Shown: in pieces, positions 63,941-64,000 of the stretch
Numbering within the stretch: the stretch's first letter is position 1
Layout: every line of letters begins with the position of its first letter
Origin: Tetramitus jugosus
Lineage: Eukaryota > Protista > Heterolobosea
Direction: 5' to 3'
Assembly: GCA_937625935.1 (NCBI GenBank)
Contig: OW569381.1
Span: forward strand, 1 to 64,000
DNA: 64,000 bases
Made by a program: the position numbers and the translations under genes
The notes under the pieces: generated by a model
The model's database searches: none
Seen by the model: only the letters and a program-made list of their open reading frames with translations
What the model was told of the DNA's origin: nothing

Positions 63941-64000
63941 GATGAGTGAATGTGTGTTGTAGTGATGGTGGTGACGTTGGTTTGTTTTTCACACTCGGGT

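Overview
This window is the left end of a linear chromosome from a gene-dense, intron-poor, flagellated microbial eukaryote. The style of the genes suggests a heterolobosean (Naegleria-like), but that is inference only. It opens with about 965 bp of (CCCAAA)n telomere (TTTGGG on the G-strand). A roughly 12 kb subtelomeric accessory zone follows, with palindromic and telomere-like repeats, decayed ankyrin-repeat sequence, a Fanzor/TnpB-like remnant, a xanthine dehydrogenase stub and an intact bacterial-type DUF262 (GmrSD/SspE-like) gene carrying an NLS-like insert. The rest is mostly housekeeping genes: cathepsin B, Oxa1, phosphate carrier, cap N7-methyltransferase, Snf7, Tdp1, AP-1 gamma, V-ATPase B, GH38 mannosidase, a hybrid histidine kinase, an EGF receptor-like kinase, DRC7, GILT, histone H3, CDK1/2, TEDC1-like, MLF, DONSON and RNase Z. 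The most striking locus is 40993-45341, where four mobile insertions are stacked just upstream of one intron-containing tRNA-Glu gene. Three are related, same-orientation, A-tailed retroposon-like inserts, each with its own 13-16 bp target-site duplication, mapping about 30-55 bp upstream of the tRNA; the two longer ones carry covarying hairpins. The fourth is a 3.5 kb TIR DNA transposon encoding a CxxH-type DDE transposase followed by SAP and DEDDh exonuclease domains, which reconstructs to about 73 bp upstream of the same tRNA. All assignments come from reading motifs by eye; no database searches were run.
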